From contig JAGCLT010000045.1 of NCBI GenBank assembly GCA_017646825.1, positions 1 to 55,046 of the forward strand: 55,046 nt of DNA, written 5' to 3'. A program made the position numbers and the translations under genes. Under the pieces are notes generated by a model. That model did no database searches, was not told where the DNA came from, and saw only the letters and a list, made by a program, of their open reading frames with translations. The DNA comes from Clostridia bacterium (GTDB lineage Bacteria > Bacillota > Clostridia > Monoglobales > Firm-18). Of the stretch, positions 47,176 through 55,046 are shown one piece after another. Each line of letters begins with the position of its first letter. The stretch's first letter is position 1.

Positions 47176-47748
47176 GTGAAAAACAAAAAGAAAAGAAGAA
47201 TAAAAATTAAAAATAATTCAACTGTAAAAAACGGCGGTTCCAAATGGGTAATAATTATAGTTATTCTGTCGTTTTTTATAAGTGTTTCTATGGACATATT
47301 ATCGTCGGCATTAATTCCGAAAGCGGATATTTTTACTGCACTTTTAATTTTAATTGTACTTATTTTTCTTGGAATTGTGTTTGATATTGTGGGCGTGGCT
47401 GTTGCCACTGCTGATGAAACGCCCTTTCATTCAATGGCTGCTCGTAAAGTAAAGGGCGCAACACAATCTATCTGGCTAATAAGAAACGCTGAAAAAGTTT
47501 CTAATATTTGTAATGACGTTATTGGCGATACTGTGGGTATCATAAGCGGTGCTGCAACGGCGGTTATTATTACCAAAATTATAAATGTTTACAATGTTGA
47601 CGAAATAGTACTTTCCTTATTGCTCACAGGTTTTGTTGCGTCCCTTACTATAGGCGGAAAGGCGTTGGGGAAAGGGTTCGCTATATCCAATGCAAACAGT
47701 ATTATTTACAGCGTTGCAAGAGTTATCAGTATTTTTAAGAAAAAATAA
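47176..47748 (+). CDS. oapA: OLE-associated membrane protein OapA
   Basis: About 190 aa from GTG 47176 (AGAGG 7 nt upstream). It has a basic N-terminus (KNKKKRRIKIK) and several hydrophobic helices. It lies immediately 3' of the RNA and 5' of dxs, as described for oapA. The ORF-track start at 47134 would lie inside the RNA closing helix. Confidence 0.75.
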   Translation: MKNKKKRRIKIKNNSTVKNGGSKWVIIIVILSFFISVSMDILSSALIPKADIFTALLILIVLIFLGIVFDIVGVAVATADETPFHSMAARKVKGATQSIWLIRNAEKVSNICNDVIGDTVGIISGAATAVIITKIINVYNVDEIVLSLLLTGFVASLTIGGKALGKGFAISNANSIIYSVARVISIFKKK

Positions 47749-47762
47749 AAAGAGTGAAAACT

Positions 47763-49568
47763 ATGACTGATTTTGAAAATATAAATGAATTATCATACGA
47801 AAAGCTTGATATTCTCGCAGGTGAAATACGACAAGACCTTTTAAATATTGTTTCAAAAAACGGCGGGCATCTTGCGTCAAACCTTGGTGCTGTTGAACTT
47901 ACTCTTGCATTACATAAGAGTTATAACCCGGGTAATGATAAAATAATATGGGACGTAGGGCACCAGAGTTATGTTCATAAAATGCTTACAGGCAGAAATC
48001 TTGAAAATTTAAGAACTTTCGGTGGAGTAAGTGGTTTTACAAGAACTTCCGAAAGCGACGCGGACTGTTATGATTCCGGTCACAGTAGCACCTCTATTTC
48101 TACAGCATTAGGATATGCGTATGCAAGGGATTTAAAAGGAGACAACTACAATGTAGTTGCAGTAATCGGTGACGGTGCAATGACTGGTGGTCTTGCATTT
48201 GAAGCCCTTAATAATGTTTCGAGATTAAAATCAAACGTTACTATAGTTTTGAATGACAACGAAATGTCTATATCAAAAAATGTAGGCGGTATGTCAAAGT
48301 ATTTAAGTAAAATAAGAACAGGCAAGTTTTATCACAATACAAAAAAACGTGTTAAAGACCGCTTTGGTAATACATCTTTTGGAAAAGGTTTAAAGCATAT
48401 TAAAGACACAATTAAATTTATGTTTTTAAATGATAATCTGTTTGAAATGCTTGGTATAACAAGTATTGGTCCTGTTGATGGTCACAACATCAGGGAGTTA
48501 ACAGAGGCTTTCGATATGGCTAAAAACATTGACGCCCCTGTTCTCGTACACGTTATAACAAAAAAAGGTGCAGGATACCCGTTTGCCGAACAAAACCCAA
48601 GCAAATTCCACGGAATCGGCAAGTTTGATGTTAAAACAGGAGAAGTTTTAAACAATGATTTATCTTGTGAAAAACCATCAAAAGTGTTTGGTGAAACACT
48701 TACACAACTTGCAGAACTTAACGATAAAATTGTGGCTATTACTGCCGCTATGCCTGACGGTACAGGTCTTAAGGAGTTTTCAAAAAAATACAAAGACAGA
48801 TTTTATGACGTTGGAATTGCAGAGGGACACGCTGTTACCTTTGCAGGAGGTCTTGCAAGAGGAGGTTTTACTCCTGTAGTTGCAGTGTATTCCAGTTTTA
48901 TGCAACGTGCTTACGATAATATTGTTCACGATGTTGCAATGCGTAATCTTCACGTTGTATTTGCAATAGACAGAGCAGGTCTTGTGGGAGAAGACGGAGA
49001 GTCACACCATGGGCTGCTTGATATGGCATATTTTTTGTCTATACCTAATGTTGCGGTTTTGTCACCGTGTAGTAATGAAGTTTTAAAACAGATGATACAG
49101 TTTGCGGTTAATGATTATAGCGGACCTGTTGCGATAAGGTATTCCCGCTCAACCCTTGATTGTGAAAAGTATGATGATTTTGTTTTTGGTAAAGGGTGCG
49201 TTATCCGCGAAGGAAAAGATATTACTGTAGTAACTTCAGGAAGTTGTGTTAAAAAGGTTACAGATGCTGTAAAAATCGCAGATGTTGATGCTGAAATAAT
49301 CGATATAAGAACAATTAAGCCAATAGACAAAGAGATGCTTATAAAATCATACAGTAAAACAGGGAAAATAATAACAGTCGAAGACGGTGTTGTATATGGC
49401 GGTCTTGGCTCTGTTGTAGAGTCTGTTATTGGCAGTAAAGTAACTAAAGTGGGATATGACAACGACACACTTATTACTCATGGAAGTATTAATGATTTGG
49501 AGAAACATTATAAGACAGATGCTAAAAGCATTGCAGATATTATTTTGAAAGAGGTTAACGGAAATTGA
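47763..49568 (+). CDS. dxs: 1-deoxy-D-xylulose-5-phosphate synthase
   Basis: About 600 aa. Motifs are GGHLASNLG, DVGHQSY.HK, GDGAMTGG and the GEDG.SHHG region. An alternative GTG lies at 47754. Confidence 0.95.
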   Translation: MTDFENINELSYEKLDILAGEIRQDLLNIVSKNGGHLASNLGAVELTLALHKSYNPGNDKIIWDVGHQSYVHKMLTGRNLENLRTFGGVSGFTRTSESDADCYDSGHSSTSISTALGYAYARDLKGDNYNVVAVIGDGAMTGGLAFEALNNVSRLKSNVTIVLNDNEMSISKNVGGMSKYLSKIRTGKFYHNTKKRVKDRFGNTSFGKGLKHIKDTIKFMFLNDNLFEMLGITSIGPVDGHNIRELTEAFDMAKNIDAPVLVHVITKKGAGYPFAEQNPSKFHGIGKFDVKTGEVLNNDLSCEKPSKVFGETLTQLAELNDKIVAITAAMPDGTGLKEFSKKYKDRFYDVGIAEGHAVTFAGGLARGGFTPVVAVYSSFMQRAYDNIVHDVAMRNLHVVFAIDRAGLVGEDGESHHGLLDMAYFLSIPNVAVLSPCSNEVLKQMIQFAVNDYSGPVAIRYSRSTLDCEKYDDFVFGKGCVIREGKDITVVTSGSCVKKVTDAVKIADVDAEIIDIRTIKPIDKEMLIKSYSKTGKIITVEDGVVYGGLGSVVESVIGSKVTKVGYDNDTLITHGSINDLEKHYKTDAKSIADIILKEVNGN

Positions 49569-50356
49569 AAACTCGTCTTGATGTATATTTAGTTGAGCGC
49601 GGATACGCTACAAGCAGAGAAAGAGCAAAAAGTATTATAATGTCAGGCTCTGTATTTGTAAACAATCAAAGAAGCGACAAAGCAGGAGATATGATTTCTG
49701 ATGACGCTGTTGTAGAAGTTCGTGGCGGAGAACTCAAATACGTAAGCCGTGGGGGGCTGAAACTTGAAAAAGCAATAGCGGAGTTTGGCATTTCTCTTGA
49801 AGGTAAAATATGTATGGACGTCGGTGCATCTACAGGAGGTTTTACTGACTGTATGCTTCAAAACGGTGCCAAAAAAGTATATTCTGTTGACGTTGGTTAC
49901 GGCCAGTTGGCGTGGAAATTAAGAAGTGACGAAAGAGTAACTAATTTAGAAAGAACAAATATAAGATATGTAACCAGAGAACAGGTCCCCGATGAGTTGG
50001 ATTTTTCATCAATAGACGTTGCCTTTATTTCCTTGAAACTTGTTTTGCCTGTAGTTAAGGAACTTTTAAAGAATAACGGAACAGGTGTAGCACTGATAAA
50101 ACCCCAGTTCGAGGCAGGAAGAGAAAAAGTAGGTAAAAAAGGCGTTGTACGTGAGCCCGGGACACATATTGAAGTAATCAATAATGTCTTGGAATTCACA
50201 AGAGATATGGGGCTTAATGTATCAGCGGTTACATTCTCACCCATTCGTGGTCCTGAGGGAAACATAGAGTACTTAATGTATTTTTCCAAAAATGGTGAAG
50301 ACAACGAAATAGATGTTGAAAAAATTGTAGAGATTTCTCATGAGGTGGCTATATGA
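49565..50356 (+). CDS. tlyA: TlyA/RrmJ-family rRNA 2'-O-methyltransferase (S4 domain plus FtsJ fold)
   Basis: MKTRLDVYLVERGYATSRERAK..., DVGASTGGFTDC and VDVGYGQL. The TTG start overlaps the dxs stop. Confidence 0.9.
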   Translation: MKTRLDVYLVERGYATSRERAKSIIMSGSVFVNNQRSDKAGDMISDDAVVEVRGGELKYVSRGGLKLEKAIAEFGISLEGKICMDVGASTGGFTDCMLQNGAKKVYSVDVGYGQLAWKLRSDERVTNLERTNIRYVTREQVPDELDFSSIDVAFISLKLVLPVVKELLKNNGTGVALIKPQFEAGREKVGKKGVVREPGTHIEVINNVLEFTRDMGLNVSAVTFSPIRGPEGNIEYLMYFSKNGEDNEIDVEKIVEISHEVAI

Positions 50357-51183
50357 GTAACAAAGTAAAAGAAATTGCCATAATTCCAAATTTAACTAAA
50401 GACAGCGACTTTTCTGCAACAAATAAAATTGCAGAGTTGGCGCACATAAACGGTGTAAGTGCACTTATTGACAGTGAGTATGCAGATAAGGTGAAGTTTG
50501 CAAACGGTGCATCTTACGAGGAGCTTAACAATGCACAGTTAATTGTGGTTTTAGGCGGTGACGGAACTCTTTTGTCTGCCGTTCACAGATTTTCAGATAC
50601 CAAAGCGGCATTTTTGGGAATAAACTACGGCAATCTTGGTTTTTTAACAGAAATCGAAAAAGATATGCCTGAACAATTTGTTGAAATATTAAATGGCCAT
50701 TACGGAGTTTCGGAACACTTAACGATAGAAGTCAGTTTGAACGGAAAAACATATACTGCTTTAAACGATGCAACATTGCACCGTGACGCGGTATCAAGTA
50801 TGATAAAATTCAGTGTGGCAGTAGGGGGAGAACATCTGTATTCCAGTTCTGCAGACGGAATAATAGTCTCCACACCTACAGGTTCAACGGCCTATTCTTT
50901 ATCAGCAGGCGGGCCTATTGTGGACCCCACTATTGATGCGGTTATTTTGTCCCTTATTTGTCCGCACGACTTAAACAGCCGTTCGGTAATTGTACCAACT
51001 GGTAAGGAAATTGCCCTTGTTGTTACAAACGCCGTGGGTAATTCTGCAGTAAATATTGACGGAAGAATTGCTGTTAATGTAAAAAACGGCGACGTAATTA
51101 CAATTAATGCAGGAAAAAAAGTTAAACTGGTAAGATTATCAGACAGTTTCTTTTACAAAAGACTGAAACAAAAATTGTTTTAA
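50353..51183 (+). CDS. nadK: NAD kinase
   Basis: 276 aa. Motifs are VLGGDGTLL, GNLGFL and STPTGSTAYSLSAGGP. Confidence 0.92.
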   Translation: MSNKVKEIAIIPNLTKDSDFSATNKIAELAHINGVSALIDSEYADKVKFANGASYEELNNAQLIVVLGGDGTLLSAVHRFSDTKAAFLGINYGNLGFLTEIEKDMPEQFVEILNGHYGVSEHLTIEVSLNGKTYTALNDATLHRDAVSSMIKFSVAVGGEHLYSSSADGIIVSTPTGSTAYSLSAGGPIVDPTIDAVILSLICPHDLNSRSVIVPTGKEIALVVTNAVGNSAVNIDGRIAVNVKNGDVITINAGKKVKLVRLSDSFFYKRLKQKLF

Positions 51184-51194
51184 GAGGTGCAGTA

Positions 51195-51650
51195 ATGTCA
51201 AGAAAAGAAAGACAAAGATTAATTATTGAATTAATTGAGAAAAAACCAATTGTAAGGCAGGAGGATATTGCTGAATATATTATAAGTTGCGGTATTCCTG
51301 TAACTCAGGCTACAATTTCCCGTGACATTCATAATCTTGGACTTGTAAAACAAAACATTGATGGGGTTTTACGCTACGTTGCACCTAAAAATATAGTAAG
51401 CGTTGAAACAAATCAAAGAATGAGTGATGTTTTGGTTAATAGTATTTTAACTGTTGACAGAGCAAAAAACATCGTTGTAATTAAAACGTTAAGCGGTATG
51501 GCTCAGGCGGCTGCCGCAGCCCTTGACAATCTGCACAAATCAACTGAAATTGTTGGAAGTATTGCAGGTGACGATACAATTATGGTAATTATGAGAACAG
51601 ATGAAGATGCAGAAAATGTAGTCGCAAAATTTACCAGTCTTAAAAAGTAA
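51195..51650 (+). CDS. argR: Arginine repressor
   Basis: 151 aa. It has the winged helix ATISRDI..LGLVK and C-terminal GTIAGDDTI-like SIAGDDTIMVI. Confidence 0.92.
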   Translation: MSRKERQRLIIELIEKKPIVRQEDIAEYIISCGIPVTQATISRDIHNLGLVKQNIDGVLRYVAPKNIVSVETNQRMSDVLVNSILTVDRAKNIVVIKTLSGMAQAAAAALDNLHKSTEIVGSIAGDDTIMVIMRTDEDAENVVAKFTSLKK

Positions 51651-51662
51651 CGGAGTGTTTTT

Positions 51663-53312
51663 ATGCTTTTGAATTTGCATATTAAAAATGTTGCAGTTAT
51701 AAAGCAACTTAATATTGAATTTAAAGAAGGCTTTTCTGCCCTGACTGGTGAAACAGGTGCGGGAAAGTCTATAGTCATTGATGCTCTTAATATGGCTCTT
51801 GGCGAACGAATTAATAAAGATATAATAAGACACGGCGAGGACAAGGCCTTATCAGAAGCAGTTTTTCAGATTGACAATGATGAAACCTATGGAGTCTTAG
51901 AAGAACTTGGTATAGAGCATGAGGACGGAATGGTTATTGTTTCTCGTGAAATAAATTCTGACGGCAAAAGTGCCTGCAGAATTAACGGACGTATTACAAC
52001 TGCTTCGGCGCTCAGAGACCTTGCAAAAACAGTTCTAAATATACACGGTCAGCACGATAATCAGTATTTATTAAATCAAAGCAAACATATAATGTTTTTA
52101 GACAGTTACGGCAAACTGGAACTGAACCAGTACAAAAAACTGTATGACAAAAGAAAAGAAATACTTAGAGAAATTGAATTAAACAGTATTGACAACGAAG
52201 AAAAACAAATGAAAACTGATATGCTAACATATCAGGTAAACGAACTACAAAAAGCAAACCTTGTTCCCGGGATGGAAGAAAAACTGGAGACAAGACAGAA
52301 TTATTTAAGCGAAATCAGTAATATTTCAAGCGTTGTGGGAAATGCAAAATACAAATTATCAGAGGCAGACAAAAGTGTTTATGATGTACTTTCCGGAATA
52401 TCATCTTCATTTGACAGTATTTCACAGTATGACGAAACATTAAAGGAATTGTCGGAACGATTAAACAGCGTAACCTTAGAGGTGGAGGATATTGCTTATA
52501 CTGTAGCGTCATTTGCCGATGGTATAGTGGAAGACACAGGTGAACTTGATGAAATACAGGGCAATTTAAGTACCATTTACGAATTAAAAAGAAAGTACAA
52601 GAAGAGTTCGGTTGAGGAACTTATGATGTACTATTCAAATATTAAACAGCAGCTTGACGACATCGAGCAAAACGATGAAATAATAAATAAGTTAAATGAA
52701 CAACTTAAAGAGACGGAAGAACAACTTTCAGTATGTGCAGATTATATTACAGAAAAAAGAAAAAGAAGCGGCAAAGCCCTTGAGGAACATATTTGCCGTG
52801 AATTGGAACAACTGGATATGCCTTATTGCAAATTTGTTGTTAACATTACAGATACGGACTTTAACAGTTTTGGTAAAGACGATGTTGAGTTTTTGATTTC
52901 TGCAAACCCAGGGGAGGAACCTAAACCTCTTAATAAAATTGCGTCAGGCGGTGAAATGTCCCGTATTATGCTTGCGATTAAGTCCATTTTGTCAGATGCC
53001 GATACGGTTAACACTCTTGTTTTTGACGAAATTGATGCAGGAGTAAGCGGAAGAGCTGCAGACAGGATTGCAGAAAAATTGTCAAAACTTGCAAGTAATA
53101 AGCAGGTACTTTGTATAACCCACCTTGCGCAAATTGCAAGCAAAGCAAAAAATCATTATCTGGTTGAGAAAAATGTGACGGATGATAAAACAAACACAAC
53201 AGTTAAGCTTCTCGAGGGTAATGACAGGGTATGTGAGATAGCACGTATTATGGGCGGTCATAACGTAACAGAAAACACGTTAAATGCTGCACGGGAATTA
53301 ATAGGAGAATAA
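51663..53312 (+). CDS. recN: DNA repair protein RecN
   Basis: 549 aa. It has Walker A GETGAGKS, a coiled-coil middle, the signature ASGGEMSR, and Walker B LVFDEIDAG. Confidence 0.95.
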   Translation: MLLNLHIKNVAVIKQLNIEFKEGFSALTGETGAGKSIVIDALNMALGERINKDIIRHGEDKALSEAVFQIDNDETYGVLEELGIEHEDGMVIVSREINSDGKSACRINGRITTASALRDLAKTVLNIHGQHDNQYLLNQSKHIMFLDSYGKLELNQYKKLYDKRKEILREIELNSIDNEEKQMKTDMLTYQVNELQKANLVPGMEEKLETRQNYLSEISNISSVVGNAKYKLSEADKSVYDVLSGISSSFDSISQYDETLKELSERLNSVTLEVEDIAYTVASFADGIVEDTGELDEIQGNLSTIYELKRKYKKSSVEELMMYYSNIKQQLDDIEQNDEIINKLNEQLKETEEQLSVCADYITEKRKRSGKALEEHICRELEQLDMPYCKFVVNITDTDFNSFGKDDVEFLISANPGEEPKPLNKIASGGEMSRIMLAIKSILSDADTVNTLVFDEIDAGVSGRAADRIAEKLSKLASNKQVLCITHLAQIASKAKNHYLVEKNVTDDKTNTTVKLLEGNDRVCEIARIMGGHNVTENTLNAARELIGE

Positions 53313-53313
53313 A

Positions 53314-53685
53314 GTGAAACAAGTAGGTATAGTGGTAGAAAATTTCGATGATAATGCCAAAGTACAGTTTAAAAGAGCTTCTGCCTGCGGTGAAAATTGC
53401 GCAATGTGCGGTGGTTGCGAAAAACTGAACTCCTTTGTTGTGGCAAAAAACAAAATTTCGGCTGAAGTAGGAGATACCGTTATTCTGGAAACAGATACAA
53501 AAAGAGTTCTTTTGGCAGCTTTTTTTGTGTATATTTTACCTCTGATACTTGGCATTTGTGGTTTTGCAATTTTTGGGGCAATTATTGGAACGGTTATGTT
53601 TTTCGTTCCGTTTATAGTGTTGTTTTTAGTTAACAAAAGATTGGAAGTAAAATATTTGCCTGTAATAGTGAGGAAAGTCAAATGA
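53314..53685 (+). CDS. RseC/MucC-family small membrane protein (SoxR-reducing system RseC family)
   Basis: 123 aa. The N-terminal Cys cluster is ACGENCAMCGGC, followed by two hydrophobic helices. The GTG start lies 1 nt after the recN stop. Confidence 0.7.
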   Translation: MKQVGIVVENFDDNAKVQFKRASACGENCAMCGGCEKLNSFVVAKNKISAEVGDTVILETDTKRVLLAAFFVYILPLILGICGFAIFGAIIGTVMFFVPFIVLFLVNKRLEVKYLPVIVRKVK

Positions 53686-55019
53686 GTACAATTGATATGC
53701 GTAGCGGCTCAATGTTGAAAAACATAATACGGTTTATGATTCCTGTTTTGGTCAGCAGTTTTGTTCAGAATCTTTTTAATGCTGCAGATATGATTGTTGT
53801 GGGTAATTTTGCAGGCAGTAAGTATCTTGCGGCTGTTGGTGCTACAGGCTCTTTATGCAGCACTTTAATAAACTTTTTTATAGGACTTTCTGTTGGCTGC
53901 GGTGTAACTGCATCTCATTTTTTTGGTTCCGATAATGATGAGGATTTATTTAAAGTTGTCAATATGTCTTTTTGTTCCGCTGTAATTGTTGGTGTTTTCC
54001 TTGCTCTTGTAGGAAACCTTTTCGCAGAGCCATTATTAAAATTTATCAATACCCCTGGTGACATTTTGCCTTATTCCGTAAAATATCTTAAGATTTTCTT
54101 TTTGGGTATGCCTGCGAATATGGTGTTTAACTTTATGTATTCTGTAAGCCGTTCTGTAGGAGATACAAAGAGACCTATGATTTACATTACTCTTGCAGGA
54201 ATAATAAATGTAGTATTGAACCTAGTTTTTGTTATAGGTTTTAAAATGAATGTTGAAGGTGTTGCTACTGCTACAATAATTTCGCAGTACGCGTCAGCAT
54301 TTGCTATAACTTATGCTTTTACTAAAGAACATTATCCTTTAAAACTTGAAATTTCAAATTTCAAATTTGATTTTAAAATTGTCAAAAGAATTTTTCTTGT
54401 GGGTTTACCTGCAGGGATTCAAAGTACGATTATTGGTGCTACAAATACATTGATCCAGTCCTCTATAAACGTTTTCGGTTCTCAGGCTGTTGCAGGATAT
54501 TCTGCAGGGGCTAACATTGGTAATTTCGTTTATTTTGCACTTAACTCTGTTTACCAGACGTCCATAACTATGACTGCACAAAACTACGGAAATAAAGATA
54601 TGGCTCGTGTTAAAAAAGGTTTATTCATGTGCCTTGCAGTTGTTGCAACTGTAGGTGTTGTAGTATGCTCATTATGTCTGATTTTTAAAATTCCTCTTTT
54701 GAGACTTTATACTTCTGATGTTAAGTCAATAGAGGCAGGCGTGATTTATTATAACATAGTAATAAGAACATACATGCTTTGCGGAATAATGGAAGTAATG
54801 ACAGGATGCTTAAGAGGTCTTGGCAGGTCATTGGAAGCAATGTATATCACGTTGACGGGTATGGCAGGAATAAGAATACTGTGGAACATTTTTATCTTGC
54901 CTCTTAACAACACCCTTACCAATGTTTTTTTAACATATCCTGTTACTTGGATAATTACAATAACAATTTTCTCTCTTAGACTATTTGTGGTAATCAAAAA
55001 AATGGAAAAAACCTTGTAA
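53682..55019 (+). CDS. MATE-family efflux transporter
   Basis: 445 aa with about 12 predicted TM helices. The N-terminus ...LKNIIRFMIPVLVSSFVQNLFNAADMIVVGNF is typical of MATE/NorM-DinF proteins. It shares an ATGA overlap with the upstream gene. Confidence 0.9.
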   Translation: MSTIDMRSGSMLKNIIRFMIPVLVSSFVQNLFNAADMIVVGNFAGSKYLAAVGATGSLCSTLINFFIGLSVGCGVTASHFFGSDNDEDLFKVVNMSFCSAVIVGVFLALVGNLFAEPLLKFINTPGDILPYSVKYLKIFFLGMPANMVFNFMYSVSRSVGDTKRPMIYITLAGIINVVLNLVFVIGFKMNVEGVATATIISQYASAFAITYAFTKEHYPLKLEISNFKFDFKIVKRIFLVGLPAGIQSTIIGATNTLIQSSINVFGSQAVAGYSAGANIGNFVYFALNSVYQTSITMTAQNYGNKDMARVKKGLFMCLAVVATVGVVVCSLCLIFKIPLLRLYTSDVKSIEAGVIYYNIVIRTYMLCGIMEVMTGCLRGLGRSLEAMYITLTGMAGIRILWNIFILPLNNTLTNVFLTYPVTWIITITIFSLRLFVVIKKMEKTL

Positions 55020-55046
55020 AATATAGTTTTAAAAATTTTTAAAAAA

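Noticed and set aside
47115-47408. 97-aa minus-strand ORF opposite the oapA-like gene and the 3' end of the large RNA.
   Set aside because: It is antisense to a membrane protein gene with strong contextual support. The translation is I/T/F-rich shadow sequence.
53298-53681. 127-aa minus-strand ORF almost exactly co-extensive with the RseC-like gene.
   Set aside because: The plus-strand product has the RseC-family layout (N-terminal Cys cluster then two TM helices) and is start/stop-coupled to recN and the MATE gene. The minus-strand product has no such support.
1-55046. Scanned for CRISPR repeats, transposase or integrase genes, tRNA/rRNA genes, toxin-antitoxin pairs and known defence-system signatures.
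   Set aside because: None were recognised. Every sizeable ORF is assignable to a housekeeping or metabolic family. The only substantial non-coding stretches are the two elements reported above.

Overview
This window looks like a core chromosomal segment of a low-GC, spore-forming, anaerobic Firmicute (Clostridia-like: spoIID, iorAB, fhs, SLH proteins). It is densely packed with housekeeping genes. Bases 1-5.6 kb (minus strand) carry an asd-dapA-dapB-ACT-hflX-yigZ-fhs operon. From 5.7 kb onward almost everything is on the plus strand: spoIID-queA-tgt; a small cell-wall locus (radical SAM, SLH protein, amidase); a long ylxM-ffh-rpsP-KH-rimM-trmD-nadD-yqeK-rsfS-leuS-acylCoA ligase-iorAB array; the rimP-nusA-ylxR-ylxQ-infB-rbfA-nrnA-truB-ribF-ileS array; a nagA/sugar-kinase/GH20-like amino-sugar cluster; pepD-OPT-PqqD-like-lipid kinase; then nusB-xseA-xseB-ispA-[~600 nt ORF-free, G+C-rich gap]-small membrane protein-dxs-tlyA-nadK-argR-recN-rseC-MATE. 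The stand-out feature is that gap (about 46546-47150). Its length, closing helix, composition and exact synteny (ispA upstream, small membrane protein plus dxs downstream) match the OLE (ornate, large, extremophilic) RNA and its partner gene oapA. This is a known class rather than a new one, but it is the most unusual element here. A second unexplained element is a G+C-rich imperfect palindrome at 39016-39151 upstream of pepD, which also contains a 47-codon minus-strand ORF. I saw no tRNA, rRNA, CRISPR array, transposase or recognisable defence system. All calls come from reading the translations and sequence by eye; no searches were run.
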